In this document: piece after piece, positions 48,519 through 56,585 of the stretch
Numbering within the stretch: position 1 is the first letter of the stretch
How the letters are laid out: every line of letters starts with the position of its first letter
DNA from: Acidimicrobiaceae bacterium
Lineage (GTDB): Bacteria > Actinomycetota > Acidimicrobiia > Acidimicrobiales > Ilumatobacteraceae
Assembly (NCBI GenBank): GCA_012269985.1
Contig: JAAXJF010000035.1
Span: forward strand, 1,150 to 65,149
Direction: 5' to 3'
Length of the DNA stretch: 64,000 nucleotides
The notes under the pieces: generated by a model
What the model was told of the DNA's origin: nothing
Seen by the model: only the letters and a program-made list of their open reading frames with translations
Databases searched by the model: none
Program-made: the position numbers and the translations under genes

Positions 48519-49364
48519 GTGACCTCTTTTCAGGCATCGCAAGGTATCCCGCCTACCGGCAGTTGCGATGAACTCACCTGGTCGCTTCTTGTGGAGTCTG
48601 GCTGGGCACTTGGTGACCGGTTGCTCATGCTCACGGCTCCAAATCTTCGAGGCGAGGATGTCGCCGAGCTACAACGAATTCTCGCCCGTTTAGGGTTCGA
48701 CTGCGGGCGGGTCGACGGCATTTACGGGCCTGATACCACTGCCGCTCTTCAAGATCTCCAGCGAAACTCAGGGCTCCCCGATGATGGAGTCTGTGGTCCT
48801 GACACGGTCTCAGCACTTGATGTGCTGTCTCGAAATACTGGCTCCGGCCCTGGAGTCGTCATGGTTCGCGAAGTTGCTGCCGTGACTTCTGGGCGCCGCT
48901 CTCTAGGCCACCTGAGAATCGTGATCGGTGAATATGGCGGTCTCGGTGCACTTGCCCGGCAGGTCACCACTGCTCTTCGTCAACATTCCGCGTCAGCCAC
49001 TGTCATTGGTGACCCTGATGCATCAACTCATGCAGCCCTTGCGAATCGCTACCGAGCAGATGTGTACATCGGATTCGAGGCCGCGAACGAGCCGGTATCG
49101 CTCATCCAGTATTACGCCGTACCTGGTTTTGAATCTGCTGCGGGTCGCTCGCTCAGTGAGCAACTCGCTCATGATGTTCGGTATCCGCTGAGGCGGGAAG
49201 ATATTGAAGTGATTGGAGCGCGCCTTCCGGTCCTGAGGGAAACTCGTATGCCGGCTGTGTTATGGCGTCTCGGCCCTACCTCAGAGATTGTTGCCCAGAC
49301 GCCGACCATTGTTCGGGGTGTGGTTCTTGCGGTCGAACGGTGGGTTCACGACCTAAATGAATAA
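48519..49364 (+). CDS. CwlM-like protein: PG-binding repeats plus a degenerate amidase_3 domain
   Basis: The coordinates run from the first canonical start (GTG 48519). The frame is open from 48264, and PG_binding_1-like sequence (HGERGEAVRDLQRRL...) already begins at 48408. The amidase_3 metal and catalytic motifs are degenerate (IVIGEYGG, YIGFEAA, PAVLWRLG). Confidence 0.8.
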   Translation: MTSFQASQGIPPTGSCDELTWSLLVESGWALGDRLLMLTAPNLRGEDVAELQRILARLGFDCGRVDGIYGPDTTAALQDLQRNSGLPDDGVCGPDTVSALDVLSRNTGSGPGVVMVREVAAVTSGRRSLGHLRIVIGEYGGLGALARQVTTALRQHSASATVIGDPDASTHAALANRYRADVYIGFEAANEPVSLIQYYAVPGFESAAGRSLSEQLAHDVRYPLRREDIEVIGARLPVLRETRMPAVLWRLGPTSEIVAQTPTIVRGVVLAVERWVHDLNE

Positions 49365-49488
49365 TATTCATTAATACGACTAAAAGATGTATAAATATTG
49401 ATTATTCAGTCTGCGGGTGAATTATCCACAGTATATTCATATTGTTGTGGATGCGATGATGCTCAGCAAGAGGTTGAGGTTCGCAGCC
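49365..49488. other. AT-rich intergenic island with an inverted DnaA-box pair between convergent cwlM-like and parB genes
   Basis: The sequence is strikingly AT-rich for this genome (ATAATATTCATTAATACGACTAAAAGATGTATAAATATTGATTATTCAG...). It carries a perfect TTATCCACA at 49422-49430 and TGTGGATGC at 49446-49454, separated by a 15-bp AT-rich spacer. Confidence 0.5.
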
Positions 49489-50406
49489 TCAAGACGCACT
49501 TGGGGGTTCGTCCCCAAACACGATTCGGTGGATGCGTCGAAGGTCATCAAGGTCAGCGAAATCGATCGCGATTCGCCCCTTTGACGCTCCGAGTGACACG
49601 CGAACACGGGTGTCGAGCCAGCGCGCAAGTGCTTCTTCAACCTCGATAACACCCGCCTCGCGCAGCCGCATTCCTTCGACAAGCCCGGCCCCATCTGCGG
49701 GTTGCGGTGGTTGCGTCACTGGCTGTTGAGAACTCTGACCTGAAATGAGTGCTTCCAGCTCCCGCACCGTCAACTCATTGCTCACCGCCTCATGCGCATA
49801 CCGAAGTTGTGATTCTGCATCATCAATGGACAGCAACGACCTCGCATGTCGGGCAGTGAGACGGCCATCACCCAAATACTGCTGAATCTCAGTGGGCAAT
49901 GCCATCAGCCGCAAAGCGTTAGAGATTGCTGATCTGCTCTTTCCCACTCGTTCTGCAACCTGCTCGTGAGTGAAGCCAAAATCTTCAATGAGTTGGTGAT
50001 AGGCGGCCGCTTCTTCGAGTGGTGTGAGATCTGCGCGATGGAGATTCTCAACAAGTGCTTGTTCCATCGATGACATGTCATCGGTGGTTCGAACAATCGC
50101 CGGAATCACGTCAAGGGCAGCAATTCCTGCTGCACGCCAACGCCGCTCACCAGCAATGAGTTCATACCCGTTATCTGCAGGGCGAACAAGAATGGGTTGC
50201 AGCACGCCGATCTGGGCAATGGAAGTTGCCAGTTCCTGAAGGCCATCTTCGTCAAACAGGCGCCTGGGCTGGTGCGGATTCGGCCTGATGGATTGAAGTG
50301 GAATATCGCGGAGAGCAGGAGCGTCATCACTCCGCCCGAATACTTCGTCCATCCCGCCCGGGATGAGTGAACTTAGACCTCTACCCTGTCGTTGGTTACG
50401 AGCCAT
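49489..50406 (-). CDS. parB: Chromosome partitioning protein ParB
   Basis: The start is taken at MARNQRQGRGLSSLIPG (50406), overlapping parA by 11 nt. Motifs QPRRLFDE, LIAGERRWRAA and the HTH region are present. Confidence 0.9.
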   Translation of the reverse strand: MARNQRQGRGLSSLIPGGMDEVFGRSDDAPALRDIPLQSIRPNPHQPRRLFDEDGLQELATSIAQIGVLQPILVRPADNGYELIAGERRWRAAGIAALDVIPAIVRTTDDMSSMEQALVENLHRADLTPLEEAAAYHQLIEDFGFTHEQVAERVGKSRSAISNALRLMALPTEIQQYLGDGRLTARHARSLLSIDDAESQLRYAHEAVSNELTVRELEALISGQSSQQPVTQPPQPADGAGLVEGMRLREAGVIEVEEALARWLDTRVRVSLGASKGRIAIDFADLDDLRRIHRIVFGDEPPSAS

Positions 50407-51247
50407 TGTGCACCTCCCGTGCAACGTCGGTATACGCAATTGCGCCACGAGACATTGGATCGTATGTGATGATCGGCATCCCGTATTTCGGCGACTCAGA
50501 GAGTTTGATGTTGCGCGGGACCACGGTCTTGAGAACAGTTGATCCAAAGTGTTGGCGGATTTCATCGACCACTTCTTCACCGAGGTTTGTCCGTGCGTCA
50601 TACATCACGCAGACGATTGACGACACTTCAAGGGTGGGGTTCAGACCACTTCGTCGAATACGAAGCACGTTTTCGAGCAATTGTCCGACGCCTTCGAGCG
50701 CAAAATATTCGCATTGAATCGGAATTAATACCTCTCGAGCAGCACACAGCGCGTTGAGTGTCAGCAATCCCAACGACGGTGGGCAGTCGATGATGATGTA
50801 GTCGAATTGGTCAACAACTGCGTCAACTGCGTTCTTCAGCCGTGTTTCACGTGCCAACATCGAATACATCGTCATTTCTGCGTCTGCGAGACGAAGATTC
50901 GATGGAGCCACTTGCAACCCGTCAATTTCGGTGGTGCAGAGGCATTCAGCCAGCGGGGCATCATCAATTAAGACGTCAAGAACTGAGCTGTCGAGAGAAC
51001 GAACATCGATACCCAGGCCGCTTGTTGCATTCGCCTGAGGATCAATGTCGATAAGGAGCACCCGAAGCCCCAATTGAGCGAGTGCGGCTGCCGTGTTAAT
51101 CGAGGTCGTGGTCTTACCGACGCCGCCCTTCTGGTTCGCAACTGCAATCACTCGTGGCAAGTTGCGTACTGGTGTCTGCGAAGGTGTTGACGACGGTGAG
51201 ATATCGCTCATCGACGACACTTTGCCTCGTATTACCCGATTACGCAA
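50396..51247 (-). CDS. parA: Chromosome partitioning ATPase ParA (Soj)
   Basis: The deviant Walker A motif is VANQKGGVGKTTT. The start is either 51247 or 51211. Confidence 0.9.
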   Translation of the reverse strand: MRNRVIRGKVSSMSDISPSSTPSQTPVRNLPRVIAVANQKGGVGKTTTSINTAAALAQLGLRVLLIDIDPQANATSGLGIDVRSLDSSVLDVLIDDAPLAECLCTTEIDGLQVAPSNLRLADAEMTMYSMLARETRLKNAVDAVVDQFDYIIIDCPPSLGLLTLNALCAAREVLIPIQCEYFALEGVGQLLENVLRIRRSGLNPTLEVSSIVCVMYDARTNLGEEVVDEIRQHFGSTVLKTVVPRNIKLSESPKYGMPIITYDPMSRGAIAYTDVAREVHNGS

Positions 51248-51264
51248 CCCATTGCGTGCGGAAT

Positions 51265-51280
51265 TGTTTCCCGGGAAACA
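51265..51280. promoter_or_regulatory. parS-like palindrome 1 (TGTTTCCCGGGAAACA)
   Basis: A perfect 16-bp palindrome (20 bp with flanks, ATTGTTTCCCGGGAAACAAT) lies upstream of parA. Its arms match the canonical parS tGTTtCAcGTGAAAca except at the central CCGG. Confidence 0.6.
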
Positions 51281-51338
51281 ATTTCTGACTCAACCTCAAG
51301 TTGAGGCGCGCAGTTTCATTTATGAAATTTCAACAGTG

Positions 51339-51347
51339 TTATCCACA
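51339..51347 (+). promoter_or_regulatory. Perfect DnaA box TTATCCACA in the parA upstream region
   Basis: Exact 9-mer, forming part of the palindrome CCACAG-C-CTGTGG. It is immediately adjacent to parS-like site 2. Confidence 0.5.
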
Positions 51348-51353
51348 GCCTGT

Positions 51354-51369
51354 GGTTTCCCGGGAAACA
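51354..51369. promoter_or_regulatory. parS-like palindrome 2 (GGTTTCCCGGGAAACA)
   Basis: A second copy of the same 14-bp core GTTTCCCGGGAAAC lies 89 bp from the first, in the same rsmG-parA intergenic region. Confidence 0.6.
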
Positions 51370-51375
51370 TTGGTC

Positions 51376-51930
51376 TCATCGAGTGATGACAGCAACTGTT
51401 CCTGCGTCTTGCGGAAACAGTTCTACGGAGGCCGACGTCTCACTCAACAACACCTCACGCCAACGGGTTCCATCTGAATGCGGTGGTTCTGACACCAGCA
51501 GCCGCCCGTTCGATGTGAGCAAAGGAAGCGCACTCTCAACAACGACCTCAGGTGACCCGAAACTTCGAGCCGTAATCACGTCAAATGTGCGCTCACCCTG
51601 AAGGTTGCGGACATCTGCGCACATCACATCAATAGAGAGTCCAGGTTGATGTCGGCGAAGGCGAGTGACTTGACGTTGTAAAAGGTCGGTTCGTTTTTCG
51701 CGTCGGTCAATCAGTGTGACGTGGACATCAGGCCGGTCATGAGCGATCACAAGACCCGGCAAGCCGCCCCCTGAGCCAATGTCGAGCACCGCTGCGTTGC
51801 TTGGACAGGCGCCAAGGGCAGCGACGAATACACGCGCTCGAGTGATTTCTTCAGAGAGATCTGTGTTTCCAATGACACCAGCGTCTTGTGCGAGCTGCAG
51901 CACGCCCAGGAGGTGTTCATCCATCGTCAT
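51376..51930 (-). CDS. rsmG: 16S rRNA (guanine527-N7)-methyltransferase RsmG
   Basis: 184-aa ORF with the SAM motif VLDIGSGGGLPGLV. It sits in the conserved position between jag and parA. Confidence 0.9.
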   Translation of the reverse strand: MTMDEHLLGVLQLAQDAGVIGNTDLSEEITRARVFVAALGACPSNAAVLDIGSGGGLPGLVIAHDRPDVHVTLIDRREKRTDLLQRQVTRLRRHQPGLSIDVMCADVRNLQGERTFDVITARSFGSPEVVVESALPLLTSNGRLLVSEPPHSDGTRWREVLLSETSASVELFPQDAGTVAVITR

Positions 51931-51956
51931 TACATTGCCGCCCTAGACGGCGGAGC

Positions 51957-52778
51957 TCAACTTGGTGAGACGATGACCCGACGGTTCGGATCCTCACCCT
52001 TGGATGCTGTCGACACACCCTCTTCGCTGGCAAGAACATCATGAATGACCTTGCGATCAGGTGATGCCATCGGCTCGATTGCGAGGGCTTTGCCAGATTC
52101 GCGCACCTGCTGGGCAATCTTCCGAGCAAATGCTTCGAGTGACGCTTTCCGGCGCTCGCGATATCCCGCAATATCAAGGCGGAGATGGGTGTCATGGTCT
52201 CCAAGGCGGCGCTGCGCAGCGACCCGCACAAGGTCTTGAACGGCGGTCAACGTGCGGCCCCCAGGCCCCACTAACAAACCAAGGTCGGAACCACTCATGG
52301 CTACCTCGATCTCAGTGTCTTCTCGCTCAATAACGACGGTGGCTTCAACACCGAATGCGGTGGCCAGACCAGTCATGAACGTTTCTGCTGCCTCACCAAC
52401 TGCCGCTGGATCAACCGGATCACGTTGTTCATCATTCATTGGTTTCTCATTCTTTGCATTGCGAGTATTTCGTTGTCCGCCATTCTTGCGCGATTGTGAC
52501 GGCTTGTTATTACCCGACGCATCAGATCCTTGACGTTCGCGCCGCTGTTGGCCCCCGTTTTTGTTTCCACGTGAGCGGCGATTGTCGCGCTTGGGCCGCA
52601 CTTCTGTCGGTCGAACCCGTCCACGAACCTTCGCTTCGCCGCGTGTACGGCCAAATAAACCGCTTTTTGGCTCTTCTAACACTTCAATGTCGGCTTCATC
52701 AGCTGCAACACCGAGTTGATCGAGAGCTACCTCGGTTGCGTCTTCAACGCTCCGACCTGTTGTTGTCACCCATTCCAT
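51957..52778 (-). CDS. Jag/KhpB-type RNA-binding protein (Jag_N, KH, R3H)
   Basis: It begins MEWVTTTGRSVEDATEVALDQLGV (Jag_N), followed by a basic linker and a C-terminal KH/R3H region (RKVIHDVL). Confidence 0.85.
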   Translation of the reverse strand: MEWVTTTGRSVEDATEVALDQLGVAADEADIEVLEEPKSGLFGRTRGEAKVRGRVRPTEVRPKRDNRRSRGNKNGGQQRRERQGSDASGNNKPSQSRKNGGQRNTRNAKNEKPMNDEQRDPVDPAAVGEAAETFMTGLATAFGVEATVVIEREDTEIEVAMSGSDLGLLVGPGGRTLTAVQDLVRVAAQRRLGDHDTHLRLDIAGYRERRKASLEAFARKIAQQVRESGKALAIEPMASPDRKVIHDVLASEEGVSTASKGEDPNRRVIVSPS

Positions 52779-52802
52779 GAAAAGTCTCTTTCTGTCGTAG
52801 TT

Positions 52803-53903
52803 TCAGCGCTTGCGCTGCCCGCCAGGGCGACCTAAATCGCGTCTCTGGCTGTTCTTCGATGACTGTGGACGCCCCTTGTTGCTCTTCGAGCCACCATTCG
52901 TTCGAGAATTCGAACCTTTTGGAGAGGGGCGTGTTCCACCTGAATTTGTGCTCTTCTTCTCTGAAGATGCTCCGGTCGCATCTTCGAGTTCACGCTTTGC
53001 CCGAGCGATAAGCCCGCCACCACCACTGTCTTTCTCAGAAAGCTCTCGAGCCTTCGCACTTGCGGCTTGGGCTTGGCGACCAAGCGATTCGTCGTCAGCG
53101 TAAAACCGTCGCGTGATGTAGAACTGCACAAAGATGCGGATAATCGACTGAATGATGTAGTAGATCACCAACGCGAGAAGGAAAAAGATCTGAAACACTG
53201 CGAAGACCACCGGCAGGTATTGCATGAGTTTCTGTTGTGATTCTGACATCGTCGGGCTGATCGAGGCCCTCGCAGCAACCATCCGTTGCTGGTAGAAGTA
53301 CAACAAGCCAAGAATTACCACAAGGCCGGCATAAATGAGGCCTTGGCCAAAGTTGCTACCCAGCATGCTCGCCGGTGATTTTGAGAGGTCAAGTCCCCAT
53401 GACGACATCTCAGTTTGGCGAGCGAGCGCCTGGTACATCTCTGAATCAAGAGAGAGATACCGGGGGAGGAAGCCAATTGTTTCTTGACCCCGGCCCACTG
53501 ATGTCAACACGGCCCGGGCAATGGCTTCATTACCGCCGACCGGGGTGTACGTTGCGTCATACAGGATGCGAAACATCACGATGAACACTGGTGTTTGTGC
53601 GAGCAACGGAAGACATGAGGCCATTGGGTTGACCTTGTGCTCCTGGTAGAGCTTCATCATCTCTTCGTTGAGTTTTTGGCGGTCGGTCTTATATTGCTGC
53701 TGAAGGCGGCGCATTTCTGGCGCCAAGCGCTGCATCTCCAACATGCCCTTCGTGCTTTTCAACGTGAGGGGGGTCACAATCGCCATCACGACGAATGCCG
53801 ACAACGAAATAGCACTCATGTAGCTGCCGGTGAGTGTGTACAGCCAATTCAGTACAGATGCAGGAACTTCAAACACTCCAGCAATCAGCGAAACTGTTGT
53901 CAT
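52803..53903 (-). CDS. yidC: Membrane protein insertase YidC
   Basis: 366-aa ORF with the 60-kDa IMP core ([20 protein letters not shown]) and a basic C-terminal tail. Confidence 0.9.
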   Translation of the reverse strand: MTTVSLIAGVFEVPASVLNWLYTLTGSYMSAISLSAFVVMAIVTPLTLKSTKGMLEMQRLAPEMRRLQQQYKTDRQKLNEEMMKLYQEHKVNPMASCLPLLAQTPVFIVMFRILYDATYTPVGGNEAIARAVLTSVGRGQETIGFLPRYLSLDSEMYQALARQTEMSSWGLDLSKSPASMLGSNFGQGLIYAGLVVILGLLYFYQQRMVAARASISPTMSESQQKLMQYLPVVFAVFQIFFLLALVIYYIIQSIIRIFVQFYITRRFYADDESLGRQAQAASAKARELSEKDSGGGGLIARAKRELEDATGASSEKKSTNSGGTRPSPKGSNSRTNGGSKSNKGRPQSSKNSQRRDLGRPGGQRKR

Positions 53904-54172
53904 TGGGACCTCATTGGTTCATGGTGATGGGAGACTGGCTCGTGTACGACATCTGGGACCGGGTCGTAGCCCGATGGTCCAAATGGTCGACATCTCAACA
54001 GTCGTCGAATAGTGAGCCACAACCCCCGAAGAGGGCCGTGCATGGAGATGGCTTCATGTGAGTAATGCGAACATGTCGGTGAGAATCGACATGGAGATGG
54101 GCGCCACTGAAACGCCTGCTGATACCACTCAATTGCCCGGAGCATGCGTTGCTGAATTCGTGACGTCGTCAT
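53900..54172 (-). CDS. yidD: Membrane protein insertion efficiency factor YidD
   Basis: The core is [29 protein letters not shown]...G..L...[17 protein letters not shown] 54172 overlaps the rnpA stop (ATGA). The upstream part of the 178-aa ORF-track entry overlaps rnpA and is not coding for this protein. Confidence 0.85.
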   Translation of the reverse strand: MTTSRIQQRMLRAIEWYQQAFQWRPSPCRFSPTCSHYSHEAISMHGPLRGLWLTIRRLLRCRPFGPSGYDPVPDVVHEPVSHHHEPMRSQ

Positions 54173-54513
54173 TGCGTCGACAGCCCTTCGACCAACTGCT
54201 GCACCTGTTGTGCGAGCATTTCCGGAGTCATATCGAACATATGTTCGCTTTTTGAACGGATAATGCCGACCATTAACGCCCCGGACGGCAGCAGGTTCAA
54301 TTGCGCCTGCCTGCGAAGAAGTTCCCGTAAGCGCCGTCGTGCCAGATTTCGACGAACGGCGTGACCGTGGGCGCGACCGATCGAAAACGCCACCCGAGGC
54401 GGCGACATCGCTGGATCGGCAAGAAATTTGCACCACAAGACATCAGTCCGCACCTGAATTCCTTCAGCATCGAGTCGAGAAAACTCGTGCGCAGTGCGGA
54501 TTCGGTGAATCAA
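54169..54513 (-). CDS. rnpA: Ribonuclease P protein component
   Basis: 114-aa basic protein immediately downstream of rpmH. The TTG start overlaps the rpmH stop. Confidence 0.85.
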   Translation of the reverse strand: MIHRIRTAHEFSRLDAEGIQVRTDVLWCKFLADPAMSPPRVAFSIGRAHGHAVRRNLARRRLRELLRRQAQLNLLPSGALMVGIIRSKSEHMFDMTPEMLAQQVQQLVEGLSTQ

Positions 54514-54644
54514 GCGGAAAGGCGAGCGCGGCCCTTTGCGCGACGTGATTTCAACACGGCGCGGCCAGCGCGGGTACTCATCCGAGCTCGGAAGCCGTGC
54601 TTCTTCGCACGACGATGTTGATTTGGTTGAAAGGTTCGCTTCAC
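54510..54644 (-). CDS. rpmH: 50S ribosomal protein L34
   Basis: Not in the ORF track because it is under 60 aa. Manual translation gives (GTG)[44 protein letters not shown], with a GGAG Shine-Dalgarno upstream. Confidence 0.9.
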   Translation of the reverse strand: MKRTFQPNQHRRAKKHGFRARMSTRAGRAVLKSRRAKGRARLSA

Positions 54645-54790
54645 TTCTTCGTCACTCCTCAATGAACCCGCTCTGATCGAGATACATGGTGACCACGATC
54701 GGGCAATCGGCTACACGACGGCTTCATTGATATGAAACCAGACTCCCAAAGACTACGGTTTGTCGCGAGCGGAGCCAACCACACCTACGC

Positions 54791-54922
54791 TTTTACACAA
54801 TCGTCGGGTTTTCCACAGGTGACTCCGCGTGATAGCGTGCGATTTCCATACAGCGCGCCAATATGTCGTGCACCTACAATAAAATTTCTGTTTTCCACAG
54901 ATGTGGATAAACATGTGGGTAG
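54791..54922. promoter_or_regulatory. DnaA-box cluster in the rpmH-dnaA intergenic region (dnaA promoter / second origin module)
   Basis: Boxes are TTTTACACA 54791-54799, TTTTCCACA 54809-54817, TTTTCCACA 54891-54899 and a perfect inverted TGTGGATAA 54902-54910. A weaker TGTGGGTAG lies at 54914-54922. Confidence 0.6.
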
Positions 54923-54988
54923 TTACATCGATGTAATGCACAAGTGAATCCCCAGTATTTATCAGCAGATTTAGAGGACCAACCCAAC

Positions 54989-56350
54989 ATGGAACGTGAA
55001 GCGACTACCAACCTGTGGGAAACCGTCGTTCCACTTCTTCGCGATCAACTCACCGAATCGGTCTGGTTCTCCACGTTCAATGACGCAGTAAACGTCGGCG
55101 ACGAAAACGGAATCTTGCTTGAGGTGTCAAACACTGTTGCCGGCGAACGAATCATGTCGCGTTACCGGGGAATGATCGACGACGCACTAACCGAACTTGG
55201 TCACCCCGGTTTCGCGTTTGCTGTCCGCGTCGCGACAACCGATGACGCACCCGTTGAGATCGAACACGAAATGCCAACACCTGCCTCTGAACACAACCCG
55301 CCAGAGGCACCCCTTACCGGAGATGAACCTGGCGGACTCAACCCTCGGTATGCGTTTGAGACATTCGTGAAGGGAGCTTCGAATCAATTCGCTCTCGCCG
55401 CGGCACAACGGGTGGCGGAAACACCGGCACGCTCGTATAACCCATTGTTTGTATACGGCTCAGCTGGCCTCGGCAAAACCCACCTTCTGCACGCAATTGG
55501 GCACTATGTCGAATCTCACTACCAACATCACGTTGTGAGATATGTTTCGACTGAATCGTTCATGAACGAATTCGTTGATGCGATCCGTTCAAACTCGATG
55601 GCCGGGCTTCGACGTCGGTATCGCGAAGTTGATGTTCTTCTCATCGACGACGTGCAGTTTCTCGAAGGTCGGGAAGGTCTGCAGGAAGAGTTCTTCCATA
55701 CATTCAATGCCCTTCATGGGGCGAATAAGCAGATCGTCCTCTCAAGCGACCGAATGCCAGATGCGATACCAACCCTTGAAGAACGTCTTCGTGGGCGTTT
55801 CAAGTGGGGTCTTATCACCGACATTCAGCCTCCTGATTTAGAGACCCGCCTTGCCATCCTTCGCAACAAGAGTGAACGCGATCGAGTTGAGGTGCCCGCC
55901 GAGACCCTTGAATTCATTGCGTCAAACATCACGTCAAATATTCGTGAGCTCGAGGGAGCGCTCATTCGTGTGACTGCCTACGCCTCACTCAATGGTGTGC
56001 CGATTACCACCGACCTTGCGAAATCTCAATTGTCCGATTTGCTCTCGGACTCTGTTGCGAAACCACGTACCGACATGGAGTTGTTGGTCGAAATGGCTGA
56101 CATCCTCGGATACGAAGTCGACGCGTTGCGTGGGAAGAGTCGGCAACGCCCGCTGGTCACCGCTCGGCAGATCGCAATGTACGTGTTCCGTGAACTTACC
56201 GATCTCAGTTATCCGAGCATCGCCCGGCTCTTTGGAGGGCGAGACCACACCACCGTCATTCACGCTGTCGAGAAAATCCAACGACAAATGGGCGAGCGGA
56301 AACAGATCTATGAACAGGTCACCGACTTGCTGCAACGGTTGAAATCATGA
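54989..56350 (+). CDS. dnaA: Chromosomal replication initiator DnaA
   Basis: Motifs NPRYAFETFV, Walker A GSAGLGKTHLL, LLIDDVQFL and the C-terminal DNA-binding domain (SYPSIARLFGGRDHTTVIHA) are present. The start is ATG 54989 or GTG 54944. Confidence 0.95.
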   Translation: MEREATTNLWETVVPLLRDQLTESVWFSTFNDAVNVGDENGILLEVSNTVAGERIMSRYRGMIDDALTELGHPGFAFAVRVATTDDAPVEIEHEMPTPASEHNPPEAPLTGDEPGGLNPRYAFETFVKGASNQFALAAAQRVAETPARSYNPLFVYGSAGLGKTHLLHAIGHYVESHYQHHVVRYVSTESFMNEFVDAIRSNSMAGLRRRYREVDVLLIDDVQFLEGREGLQEEFFHTFNALHGANKQIVLSSDRMPDAIPTLEERLRGRFKWGLITDIQPPDLETRLAILRNKSERDRVEVPAETLEFIASNITSNIRELEGALIRVTAYASLNGVPITTDLAKSQLSDLLSDSVAKPRTDMELLVEMADILGYEVDALRGKSRQRPLVTARQIAMYVFRELTDLSYPSIARLFGGRDHTTVIHAVEKIQRQMGERKQIYEQVTDLLQRLKS

Positions 56351-56585
56351 TGGCTGTGGATCACGCAGTGGATGACATGTGGTCAAGCCGTGGAAATCTG
56401 TCGCACAAGGTGGACACATCCACCGAATCACATCTGTGTGATCATCGCGCGGGGGATACCGCTCGGAAATCTTGTGACGACAAATATGTGCCGTGTGCTG
56501 GGGTGATTCACTCTTTTCCCCAATCCACAGCACCTACTATCACTAACACTCTGTATCTACCCTCTTTGGGGAAAAGGACCACGCT
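56351..56585. other. Candidate oriC (dnaA-dnaN intergenic DnaA-box cluster)
   Basis: The region holds several TTATCCACA-like 9-mers on both strands: TGTGGATCA 56355-56363, TGTGGTCAA 56378-56386, CGTGGAAAT 56389-56397, GGTGGACAC 56409-56417 and CAATCCACA 56521-56529. A more AT-rich stretch lies at 56530-56575. This intergenic is the usual oriC location in actinobacteria. Confidence 0.6.

Noticed and set aside
49372-49381. TAATACGACT, identical to the first 10 nt of the phage T7 promoter, inside the AT-rich island.
   Set aside because: The match stops before the essential CACTATAG initiation region (here AAAAGATG). A 10-nt match in AT-rich DNA is most likely coincidental, and there are no phage genes nearby.
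50843-50853. TGTTTCACGTG, a canonical parS left half, inside the parA coding sequence.
   Set aside because: The right arm (CCAAC) does not complete the palindrome, so it is probably a chance half-site or a decayed site. The two full variant palindromes upstream of parA are better candidates.
54732-54947. Small ORFs (71 and 62 aa) in the rpmH-dnaA spacer, and two more (56345-56589) in the dnaA-dnaN spacer.
   Set aside because: They lie over DnaA-box clusters in classical non-coding origin regions and have no coding signature.
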